Below are positions 1-34,800 of a stretch of DNA of 38,028 bases, piece by piece. The stretch comes from Macrostomum lignano (taxonomy: Eukaryota): positions 1 to 38,028 of the forward strand of contig NIVC01000580.1 in the NCBI GenBank assembly GCA_002269645.1. Reading direction: 5' to 3'. Under the pieces are notes generated by a model. The model did not search any database and was not told the DNA's origin. It saw only the letters and a list, made by a program, of their open reading frames with translations. The position numbers and the translations under genes are program-made. Each line of letters begins with the position of its first letter. Position 1 is the first letter of the stretch.

Positions 1-189
1 TGCGCACGCTTGTTCAGGCTTCGAGCCCTCTAATAGAATTCATGTCAAGTTGGTTTGCTTAGGCAACCTGGCTTTCAAGAGAGTCCACTGGAACCACTGG
101 AGTCAAAGGCTCCCTGGAGTCAAGATCGGAGGCTGGGCGGATATTGTCTTAGAGGAGCCGCAAGTGAATTGTTGAACTAATTCACTTAC

Positions 190-780
190 TAAGACAGGTG
201 GAGCTTCCAAAATTAGCAATCCCAAAATGCACACACTGTCATTCCAAATGGATGGATTTGTGGACAAGTGACAGGCCAGCTAAAAAAAGCAATGAAATTT
301 TAAGTACACGAGGAGACAGAAAATGTTGAGTAAGTTTGAGCTTCTATCAGGCACCGGAGCACTACGACCCTTGACTCCAGTTCTTACATTTGAATCTTGA
401 ATTGATTTTAAAGACAGGCATGCAGTAGAAATGCAGGGTGGGGGGGGGGGGTTGGCAGCCATACCCACAAAGCACTGTGCATGCTCTACACAGCTGTATT
501 GCAGCGGCTGTATCATTAGCTAGCTGTTGTTGCCTTGGTTACCTTACAGCTGGCCAGACGTCTTCCAATGTCATCTTGTGTTACTACTATTTTTACATAA
601 TAGCGATTTCCAGTCCAACACACACTACAAGTTCCTTCGATTCTGAGAGAGATAGTGTGGCTGAAAGCAGAAAATACACAAAAAATACCTGGCCAAGAGG
701 AGAAAAAGCAGATGAGTACAAAAGAGAATAGACTTGAATTTCCGCGTCACAGCTACGCTAAAAAAGCAACTTCTTTGCAT
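190..780 (-). CDS. Possible small spliced gene of unknown function
   Basis: Open exon-like blocks with strong splice signals: 543-660 (HTISLRIEGTCSVCWTGNRYYVKIVVTQDDIGRRLASCK) and 190-279 (GTAAGT donor). ATG 780 gives a hydrophobic N-terminus but needs a 28-nt intron. No homology recognised. Confidence 0.2.
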
Positions 781-929
781 CTCCAATGCTTCTACGCTGT
801 GGATTCTGCAGGATCATTTATTGAAAAATCTGTCATTCAATATCCTCAGTTACAGGATGCAGATTTGGCTTTCGCTGACTGAGAGAAATGTGCTACATCA
901 GCTTGTCTGTAATTTTTTTTGAAATTGTT

Positions 930-1430
930 TAATCATCGATTCACAGTTGACTCGAAAAGTACAAAAATAATGTCAAGATAAGTGCACGATTATTCGTACT
1001 TCGAATAAGTCTAGACAATGACTAGTGAATTACCCGTTCTAAATTTAACTTCTGGTTGCTAATCTCTTTCAAAACTTAAACTATGCGATATATCGTATAA
1101 TGTCAAGTCCATATCGACTAGTGACATTAAACAACCTGCGTTTTAATGAACGATTATCGTCGATAATTGATGGCAATATTAACAAACTTCCATGAAAAAT
1201 ACATTCTACACCACCATTGTCGCAATAGCATCGATGTTTCTTTTTTTATTCGTTTCTAAACCAGATTTTAACAATTTTCATCGACTTTTAAGACACGAAA
1301 GTCGACGAAAGTTGGTATATGTTTGTACGCTTTTTGTCTGCGTTTCAGCAACTTTCAAAAGTTGATAATCGATTGTAAGACCGCTATCTACAGGAGGCCG
1401 CTACTCTCTTGTGTAACTCACGTCGAACAA
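930..1430. promoter_or_regulatory. Candidate promoter: AT-rich, TCGA-dense island
   Basis: Ten TCGA sites in about 490 bp and the perfect palindrome ATTATCG-T-CGATAAT at 1153-1167. Promoter function is inferred only. Confidence 0.3.
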
Positions 1431-2498
1431 AAATGAAGCGGGGGTGCAGGTTGCAGATCAACTGGTATTCGCACCAGACGTGACACTACTTAACCGCAAA
1501 CATTCCCGTACGCATGTCTGACTTGTCAGGCGTAAGTTCATTAACTACGCAATCGTGTTTTAGTGAATTTTCTCACAGGATCTTTGTATTGAATATTTCC
1601 ATCTCTACATTTCCCGTGGACAGGCAAATGCCGTATCATCTTTGGAGAAGCTTAACGGCTTTGATTTCGTTATCAGATGTCCGTCCCCGCTTCCTGCACT
1701 AGTTTGACGGTGGTGTGGTGTCTGTCCGATGGCTCTTGCGACAGCTTATTTATGCCAGAACGAGACCAGCCGATCTAAACAACGCCATCTTTAAACCAGC
1801 GAAAGTCTATTTATAAATGGTGTCCGCAGCCATCAAACTCGGGCTCATTCACGTCGGCAGCAGAAAATCAGAGTGCCGAAAGCTGCCAGTCAGTCGCCAC
1901 ATTGACAGACTTTGAGCAAGCAACGTGGAGAATGATTAACGCGATCAAGCCATGTAAATTTAGTAGGAATTAAACTTCACGTAAACAGCACCAGAATGAA
2001 AATAGATTTCATGGTGCAACTCTGCAAATGGCCTATTCCTGGAACTAAGAAAAAGACTGACTGAAGACGGCTTCACGCTTCGTTGCAATCAGTGCCGACT
2101 CTTCAACAAGCTTCCGTTTCGGGCGATGAAGGCCATTCAAGCGGATTTTGATGCCAGCCTCTGTCCAATGTATTGCGCAAAAACGTACGCCCGTGTATTG
2201 CGCAAAATAAATGCAACATACGAAGGGTCGCCTTCCCCACCTCGTCGCTGCTTTGTGCTCGCTGCCAACCTGCTACCTTTGCCTTCCTTTTGCTGCTGGT
2301 GGGGTTGCGGGTTAACTCATAATATTCAGTTAATATACAGGCGTTTACTGAATATTCAGGTGTATATTCAGATATATATTCATTTTAGGAGCTAAATTAG
2401 ACGTACATTCAGTGTGTATTCAGATGTACATTCAGATGTATCTTCATTTGTACGAGCTATATTCAGATGTACATACAGGTGCTATATTCACTACTCAC

Positions 2499-26078
<23,580 letters not shown>

Positions 26079-26134
26079 TCAACTGCTGAAACTGCTGGAA
26101 TATTTACTTATGTTTTGCTGTTTCAAAGGAGATC

Positions 26135-26710
26135 CAGGGGAATTATCAATGGAGATCGAGGGCGATTCTCAATGGAGATTGAGGGCGATTATCAATGGAG
26201 ATCGAGGGCGATTATCAATGGAGATTGAGGGCGATTATCAATGGAGATTGAGGGCGATTATCAATGGAGATTGAGGGCGATTATCAATGGAGATTGAGGG
26301 CGATTCTCAATGGAGATTGAGGGCGATTATCAATGGAGATTGAGGGCGATTATCAATGGAGATTGAGGGCGATTATCAATGGAGATTGAGGGCGATTATC
26401 AATGGAGATTGAGGGCGATTATCAATGGAGATTGAGGGCGATTATCAATGGAGATTGAGGGCGATTATCAATGGAGATTGAGGGCGATTATCAATGGAGA
26501 TTGAGGGCGATTATCAATGGAGATTGAGGGCGATTATCAATGGAGATTGAGGGCGATTATCAATGGAGATTGAGAGCGATTAATCAATGGAGATTGAGGG
26601 CGATTAATCAATGGAGATTAAGGGCGATTATCAATGAAGATTGAGGGCGATTATCAAAGGAGATCGAGGGCGATTATCAAAGGACATTGAGGGCTATTCT
26701 CTATTAAGGC
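26135..26710. repeat. 23-bp minisatellite GAGGGCGATTATCAATGGAGATT, about 25 copies
   Basis: Lies between the COQ7 3' end and the tentative THADA first exon. Confidence 0.97.
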
Positions 26711-27353
26711 GATTGAATGAGATTCTAGAGGGAGTTTGAGCGTCATTCTAGATGTTGACAGATTATTTCTTGTTGATACAAAATTGAAAATGAAAAATAC
26801 GATTTAATAAACAACTCCTTTGCAGATTAATATTTGTATATTTAAGCATCAGGCTATGACAAGCCTGATAACAAAGCTATTGAAAATGAAGTACAATTTC
26901 AAAACTGTTCAAAATGCTTCGAAGAAAAGCAGATGGTTAACAGTCAGATAGAAATTCAAATAAAAAGCACTGGGTGACTTTCCGGTTTGAACTAAGTTTA
27001 AGCTAAGCAAAGGTTTCATTATTGTGGGTCAGTTTGCTTACACAGGAATACCTACTTGTAAGTTAACAAAATATAGCCAAATATTCAAGGATTCAAATAT
27101 TCAAGGAGCAAATTTAGACCGTTCGACTCCGAACCCACTGGACTACAACTCTTTCTCTACAACATGTAACTGGGTAAACGAAACGTGTGATTTTTAATGG
27201 CATATCTGTGGGGTTTTGAAAAAATCAATTTTCTTGGAATTTCTGCGGATATTTTTGGAATTTCTGGAATTCCCTCGGCATTTCCATGGAATTTCCCCGG
27301 CATTTCTATGGCATTTTATCGTTCTAAGGCTATTTACCAATATCTTTTGCGAA

Positions 27354-27363
27354 TTTATTTATT
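27354..27363 (-). terminator. COQ7 polyadenylation signal (overlapping AATAAA)
   Basis: The minus strand reads AATAAATAAA just after the frame-corrected stop codon. Confidence 0.6.
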
Positions 27364-27373
27364 GTGAATTAGT

Positions 27374-28779
27374 TCAGATCCGCTCCGACAAGAAGATGGC
27401 AACCCGACAGCCAGCTCGAATGGCGGCGGACAAAGCCGGATAAGCGGCGCAGACTCAGCGTCCTCGCGTAGTCCAGTGTCGTGATGCTCGGCCTCCTCGT
27501 CGCGGAATCGAGCGATGACCCGCATTAAGTCGGCGTGTAGCTCGGGATTATCGGCTAGCAGGCTGCGCAGCTGAGCATTGTAGTGTTCCTGAATCTCGGC
27601 TTCAACAGCCACAGTGCAGGCCATGGCGGCCTCTTTGCCAATTAAAGCGGTGCCGGCGCCCAAAGCGAAGCCGGCCACACGCCAGAACGGCATCAGCACG
27701 GTGGGCCGGGCGCGCAACGCCGGGATGAGGGCTTCGAACGCGGCCAGATGGTCCTGCTCCTGCTCGTGCATGTGGCGGATCAGCGGGCCTGTTGGGGTGC
27801 CGCCCAGCACAGCTAGCTGGCCGGCGTAGATCCGGTCGGCGCCGAATTCGCCTGCGGAAGTTGAGGCGGATTTAACTGAAATAGGAGCAGATCTATCGGA
27901 ACTGGTAGCGGGTTTCTCTGGGGTGCAGGTGGATCTGTTCGAACTAGAGGGAGATTTAACTGAGAACATGTACAGCAGGGGCGGATTGATGCAAACTAGG
28001 GGCAGATTTATTTAATCTAGGGGCGGATTTACAGGGAATCGAGGCTAATTTATTTAAACTATGGGCGGATTTATCTAAACCAGGATCGGATTTATCCAAA
28101 CCAGGGTCGGATTTATCTAAACTAGAGGCAGTTTTATTTAAACCAGGGGTGGATTTATCTAAACTAGGGGCAGGTTTATATAAACCAGGGGCGGATTTAT
28201 CTAAACTAGGGGCAGGTTTATCTAAACCAGGGGCGGATTTATTTAAACCAGAGGCAGGTTTATCTAAACCAGGGCGGATTTATATAAACCAGGGGCGGAT
28301 TTATCTAAAACAGGGGCGGATTTATCTAAGTCAGAGGTGGATTTATTGAAACTACATGTAGGGACGGATTTATCTAGTTTCAATTAATCATGTCAATAGT
28401 TATAAATGCATTAATAAATGGCGGAATATAACTGTGAACTGCAGATTGCGACCATTATAGGAATCGATAAAGTTGCACAAATACACACAAGCAGCAAACT
28501 GTTTAAATCACCAGCATGATCAACTCGAACGATCCGATCTAGCAGGGCCCGAGTCTCCGGCGTCAGCTTGGCCAAATCCAGGCTGGCAATTCGGCCAAGA
28601 AGCTGGGCGAGCTCTGGGTCGCGATGAAGCGGCGGCCGAGACTGCTGCTGTTGCTCCTGCTGTTGTTGTTGCTGCTGACTGCCAGACGATAGCAGACGAA
28701 TTGCCACGCGGGAAACGCTTTGGCCTGCGTTAACTGATCGGCGAGACAGGCGGACAATGCCGCCGCTTAATCCGGTAGC
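27374..28779 (-). CDS. COQ7: 5-demethoxyubiquinone hydroxylase COQ7 (CLK-1), mitochondrial di-iron protein; 2 exons with a 1-nt frameshift near the C-terminus
   Basis: Exon 28512-28779 (R/S-rich presequence, Q7EQ4 tract, LLDRIVRVDHAG) splices in phase 1 to exon 27374-27851 (EFGADRIYAGQ, EQDH, ACTVAVE, HYNAQL, RDEEAEHHDTGL). Adding one base near 27445 restores APAYPALSAAIRAGCRVAIFLSERI*, with TGA at 27374-27376 and AATAAA about 11 nt downstream. Confidence 0.95.
27960..28378. repeat. 21-22-bp minisatellite AAACCAGGGGCGGATTTATCT, degenerate toward 27865
   Basis: Fills COQ7 intron 27852-28511. Confidence 0.92.
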
Positions 28780-29162
28780 CTATGGACAGGTGTGTCATAG
28801 TGCACGTGCACTAATGTTACTAAAATATGCTCGCATTGATGAGTCATGTAACTAACACTTTAGCCTTACTCATAAATCAAGTTCCAGGTTATAAATCGCT
28901 AACAAACTATCAGAAATTATTAAGAGGCTTAAAGTCTGAATTCGATATAAGCAATTGTAAATCAAATCTGTGTAAAGGCACCATATTTTATTGAATTATT
29001 AATGAAAACAAACCTCATAAAATCGTTTCATTATAGCAAAGGTACTGAATTTGAATCAGCATTAAATTTGAATTGCTCTTTTCTGGATTAGGACATCTGG
29101 ATCTCGTTCGAGTTATTGCTAAATGGGATTATGATCAGGGCTTCACAGGCTTTCAGAACCAT

Positions 29163-29912
29163 CTGCTCCCCTCTCTTGCCTCTGCTCCCTTCTCTTCCTT
29201 CCGCTCCCCTCTCTTTCCTCTGCTCCCCTCTCTTCCCTCTGCTCCCTTCTCTTCTCTCTGCTCCCTCTCTTTCCTCTGCTCCCTCTCTTCCCTCTGCTCC
29301 CTTCTCTTCTCTCTGCTCCCTCTCTTCCCTCTGCTCCCTTCTCTTCTCTCTGCTCCCTCTCTTCTCTCTGCTCCCTCTCTTCCCTCTGCTCCCCTCTCTT
29401 CTCTCTGCTCCCCTCTCTTCTCTCTGCTCCCTCTCTTCCCTCTGCTCCCTTCTCTTCTCTCTGCTCCCTCTCTTCCCTCTGCTCCCTTCTCTTCTCTCTG
29501 CTCCCCTCTCTTCTCTCTGCTCCCTCTCTTCCCTCTGCTCCCCTCTCTTCCCTCTGCTCCCCTCTCTTTCCTCTGCTCCCTTCTCTTCTCTCTGCTCCCT
29601 CTCTTCTCTCTGCTCCCCTCTCTTCCCTCTGCTCCCTTCTCTTCTCTCTGCTCCCCTCTCTTTCCTCTGCCTCCCTTCTCTTCCTTCCGCTCCCCTCTCT
29701 TTCCTCTGCCTCCCTTCTCTTTCCTCTGCTCCCTTCTCTTCTCTCTGCTCCCCTCTCTTCCCTCTGCTCCCTTCTCTTCTCTCTGCTCCCCTCTCTTTCC
29801 TCTGCCTCCCTTCTCTTCCTTCCGCTCCCCTCTCTTTCCTCTGCCTCCCTTCTCTTCTCTCTGCTCCCCTCTCTTCCCTCGGCTCCCCTCTCTTTTCTCT
29901 GCTCTCCCTACT
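29163..29912. repeat. CT-rich minisatellite (CTCTGCTCCCCTCTCTTC-like units)
   Basis: Lies between the CISD3 stop and the COQ7 5' end; source of the L/S/P/F ORF artefacts. Confidence 0.97.
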
Positions 29913-29962
29913 CCATTATTCTGTGCAAATCAGAGACAAAAATACTGCTACACCGCTACGCA

Positions 29963-30400
29963 TCAGAACTGAAACTTTGGACACCAGCCGCAACTGCTGC
30001 ACAATGTTAAATCTTGTGCGTGATTAGATTTGTCTTTGCAATCGGCCTGTTTAGCCATCAGTTGGCAAGGCAGATTGGTATGACTGCCGTCGCACAGCGG
30101 TGGGCTCTTCGTGTACTTGCAATTGCAAAGCTGGTAGAGAGCCTGCGGCTTATCAGGCACAGTCCAGGCTAAGGGCTTGTACCCTGGCGGCGCCCGCCTG
30201 TGAGACCCGTCGCACCAGGGCTGCGATTGGCTGAGGCCGCATGCGCACCAGCGCAGCGACTGGCCGGGCCGGAGGCTGCTGCCGCGTACGTTGGACGGCC
30301 CGAATGTGGGACAGGCAGGCGCAGGGACTGCCGGCGAAGGCGGCTCCTTTGAATTGTCGGCCTGAAGGCGAGCATGTTGGAGGAGGCGACCAAGGCTGTA
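29963..30400 (-). CDS. CISD3: CDGSH iron-sulfur domain protein with two CDGSH motifs (CISD3/MiNT-like)
   Basis: Open frame from the acceptor at 30401-30402: YSLGRLLQHARLQ...WCACGLSQSQPWCDGSH...LCNCKYTKSPPLCDGSH...LCSSCGWCPKFQF*. It has two complete CDGSH motifs. There is no in-frame Met before the domains, and an in-frame TAA lies 7 codons upstream of the acceptor. Confidence 0.9.
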   Translation of the reverse strand, partial: YSLGRLLQHARLQADNSKEPPSPAVPAPACPTFGPSNVRGSSLRPGQSLRWCACGLSQSQPWCDGSHRRAPPGYKPLAWTVPDKPQALYQLCNCKYTKSPPLCDGSHTNLPCQLMAKQADCKDKSNHAQDLTLCSSCGWCPKFQF

Positions 30401-30479
30401 CTGTTGGGATAGAATTAGCAGTTAATCAAGCGGGCACCTAAAGGCTACAAGCATTGACAGTTAAGCTAAAAAGTGAAGA

Positions 30480-31172
30480 CTTGGGCTATATATGTGCATT
30501 AGTGGGGATGGGGGAGGCGCCAGCCAATTAGATCCGATCAGGGCTATATTTGTACATTAGTGGGGGTGGGGGAGGCGCCAGCTATATTAAATTGGATCAG
30601 GGCTATACTCGTATTTAGTACATTACTGGGGGTGGGGGAGGGGCGCCAGCTAATTAAATAGGATCAGGGCTATATTTATACATTAGTGGGGATGGGGGAG
30701 GCGCCAGCCAATTAGATCCGATCAGGGCTATATTTGTACATTAGTGGGGGGGGCAGAGGCGCCAGCTAATTAAATAGGATCAGGGCTACATTTGTACATT
30801 AGTGGGGATGGGGAGGCGCCAGCCAATTAGATCCGATCAGGGCTATATTTGTACATTAGTGGGGGGGCAGAGGCGCCAGCTAATTAAATAGGATCAGGGC
30901 TACATTTGTACATTAGTGGGGATGGGGAGGCGCCAGCCAATTAGATCCGATCAGGGCTATATTTGTACATTAGTGGGGGGCAGAGGCGCCAGCTAATTAA
31001 ATAGGATCAGGGCTATATTTGTACATTAGTGGGGATGGGGGAGGCGCCAGCCAATTAGATCCGATCAGGGCTATATTATACATTAGTGGGGATGGGGGAG
31101 GCGCCAGCCAATTAGATCCGATCAGGGCTATATTTGTACATTAGTGGGGGGGGGGCAAAGGCGCTGATCTGG
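30480..31172. repeat. About 58-bp G-rich minisatellite, about 12 copies, with two alternating unit types
   Basis: GGGCTATATTTGTACATTAGTGGGG...AGGCGCCAG followed by either CCAATTAGATCCGATCA or CTAATTAAATAGGATCA. Confidence 0.95.
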
Positions 31173-31833
31173 GCTAATACGAGTATGATAAAAATATGTA
31201 AAAATATCAAAAATCAAGACAAAAAGAAGGCAACTAACATTAATGCTTGTTCATCAAATTGAAAGCACAAGTGAGCAGATTGAGAACACTTCAGTTATAT
31301 TTTTTATCTGTAATCTAATTTGACTGCGTCACGCAGTGCAGTACAAGTGCTTACTTAAGAGTACAAAGTTAATTCTTATAAGATAAAACTAAGAGACACA
31401 ATAAATCATCGATGACTTATATCGAATTACTGTCAAACTATAGTGTACATCATTGAATATTAAAAGCAACATTAAAAGCTTCCTCAGAAGTCCGCAGAAC
31501 AATGCACAAACAGAGATCCACAGGCATATATTTTAATATAGAGATATCGAAACTCGATTTCTTATTAAAATGCCTAAATTAACTACTTAATTAGTAGTAT
31601 ATCTTTGTCGAAAAATAGTGGGCTTTGCCGTAGACATTTTTTTAACCACAAGATTTCTACGACCAGCTACTCTCAGCAGTTATGTCAGTAATATATACGA
31701 TTGCATCATATCGAATTTACAGTCTATAGCTACTCATTTCGAGCTTGATGCTTCTAACCATAGACAACCTGACTGCGCCAACAGCTATTGGCAGATGTAT
31801 CAAATCAATGGCAAGCAATGCAATAAAAGCTAC

Positions 31834-34800
31834 TCAACGTCTTATAACCACCACAAGTGAATCCCGTTCTAGTCGTTCTTCAACCATCTGCCGGCTCAGT
31901 CCCGTGCTGGCGCAGATCTCATCCATAGACCGGTATCCGTCTAGCAGCCGGTTCAGCTGGTCGGTTCCTCTTAGCCCGACAGAGCAGTCAGCCGATCCGG
32001 TTTGACTCCAGTGCAGCCGAACCGGATAGGCGCTAACCCGCCGGATTAGGCAGTGCAGCAGGCCGAACTGCACTAATCTGAGCACGTCTACATTCGCTGC
32101 CAGGCCGCTGTGCAGGGTCAGCAGGTCTTTCAGAGTGGAGCCCGGCGACATGCACGAGAATAAGCGGAACAGCCGCCCGATGCTGGGCGTTCGCTCCTGC
32201 GTTCGGGAGCGGGGTGGTGGGCGATTGAGGATGAGTAGACATCCTCTAGACATGTGCCTATCGATTCTCTAGAGATAGGGGACAGATTCTCAAGAGATAG
32301 GGGCAGATTCTATAGAGATAAGATGGGATTCTATAGAGATGGATAGGATTCTATAGAGATGCGATCAGATTCTATAGAGATGGATCAGATTCTATAGAGA
32401 TGGGATATTATTCTATAGAGATGGGATCGGTTTCTATAGAGATGGGATCAGATTCAATAGAGATGAAAACGGATTCTACAGAGATGAAATAGGATTCTAT
32501 AGAGATGGGATATGATTCGCTGGAGATCTCTAGATACCCGGGTGTAGAGCGCAGATGAATTGCGAGCATCACCTTGTTAGACAGTGTGACAGCTTCCTGG
32601 CAGAGCTGGCCCAGTCTGGGATCGGACACGAGCCTATGCAGTCCGGTCAGACAGGCGTAAGAGTCAGAGTACAGGGTCAGCGGCAGGAATCTGACAGCGT
32701 GCAGGCTGCAGAGATTCTGCAGGCAGGTTTTCACTATGCTCTTGTCTACGTCGGCCATGCAGGCTATTTTAGCGACGTGCGAGACTCCGTCAATGTAGGG
32801 CAGGATTAGGCTGGTGACAATGTCTGTCTTGACTGGCGGAGACCGGCCAACCAGAACTGGCACCTGCCGGATTGAATCGGTGACAGATGCTGATGTTTGA
32901 TGCTGGTGACAGATGATGATGACAGATGATGGTGACAGATGATGGTGACAGATGCTGGTGGCAGATGTTGGTGACAGATGATGGTGACAGATGCTGGTGA
33001 CAGATGCTGGTGACAGATGATGGTGACAGATGCTGGTGGCAGATGTTGGTGACAGATGCTAGTGACAGATGCTGGTGACAGATGCTGGTGACAGATGATG
33101 GTGACAGATGCTGGTGACAGATGATGGTGACAGATAATAGTGACAGATGCTGGTGACAGATGATGGTGACAGATGCTGGTGACAGATGATGGTGACTGAC
33201 AGATGATGGTGACAGATGCTGGTGACAGATGATGGTGACTGACAGATGATGGTGACAGATGACAGATCTGGTGACAGATGATGGTGACAGATGATGGTGA
33301 CAGATGCTGGTGACAGATGCTGGTGACAGATGCTGATGACAGATGCTGGTGACAGATGATGGTGACAGATGCTGGTGACAGATGATGGTGACAGATGCTG
33401 GTGACAGATGCTGGTGACAGATGCTGGTGACAGATGATGGTGACAGATGATGGTGACAGATGCTGGTGGCAGATGTTGGTGACAGATGATGGTGACAGAT
33501 GCTGGTGACAGATGATGGTGACAGATGATGGTGACAGATGCTGGTGGCAGATGTTGGTGACAGATGCTAGTGACAGATGATGGTGACAAATGATGGTGAC
33601 AGATGATGATGACAGATGATGGTGACAGATGCTGGTGACAGATGCTGGTGACAGATGATGGTGACAGATGATGGTGACAGATGCTGGTGACAGATGTTGG
33701 TGACAGATGCTGGTGACAGATGCTGTTGACAGATGATAGTGACAGATGCTGATGACAGATGCTGGTGACAGATGCTAGTGACAGATGCTGATGACAGATG
33801 CTGGTGACAGATGATGGTGACAGATGTTGGTGACAGATGCTGATGACAGATGCTGGTGACAGATGATGGTGACAGATGTTGGTGACAGATGCTGGTGACA
33901 GATGCTGTTGACAGATGATAGTGACAGATGCTGATGACAGATGCTGGTGACAGATGATGGTGACTGACAGATGATGGTGACAGATGATAGTGTCAGATGC
34001 TGGTGACAGATGATGGTGACAGATGCTGATGACAGATGCTGGTGACAGATGATGGTGACAGATGCTGGTGACAGATGCTGGTGACAGATGCTGGTGACAG
34101 ATGATGGTGACAGATGATGGTGATAGATGCTGGTGACAGATGATGGTGACAGATGATGGTGACAGATGCTGGTGACAGATGCTGGTGACAGATGCTGATG
34201 ACAGATGCTGGTGACAGATGATGGTGACAGATGCTGGTGACAGATGATGGTGACAGATGCTGGTGACAGATGATGGTGACAGATGATGGTGATAGATGCT
34301 GGTGACAGATGATAGTGACAGATGCTGATGACAGATGCTGGTGACAGATGATGGTGACTGACAGATGATGGTGACAGATGATAGTGTCAGATGCTGGTGA
34401 CAGATGATGGTGACAGATGCTGATGACAGATGCTGGTGACAGATGATGGTGACAGATGCTGGTGACAGATGATGGTGACAGATGATGGTGATAGATGCTG
34501 GTGACAGATGATGGTGACAGATGATGGTGACAGATGCTGGTGACAGATGCTGGTGACAGATGCTGGTGACAGATGCTGATGACAGATGCTGGTGACAGAT
34601 GATGGTGACATCTGTCGATGGTGATCTGTCGGGGATCTGTCGGGACTCGGGATCTGTCGGGGATCTGTCGATGGCGACGATGGTGAGTCCTGCGCCGCGA
34701 AGCTGTTCAACCGCATGCTGCTATCGCGGTTACAGCCTGTGCTGGACCCGTACCTGCGACCTGAGCAGAACGGATTCCGGCCCCATCGCGGCACAGTGAC

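Noticed and set aside
1433-1705. In-frame TGA codons read as selenocysteine in a plus-strand frame
   Set aside because: No SECIS or selenoprotein motif is evident, and the frame ends in TAA shortly after.
29073-30027. About 300-aa L/S/P/F ORFs on the plus strand
   Set aside because: CT-rich repeat artefacts, partly antisense to CISD3.
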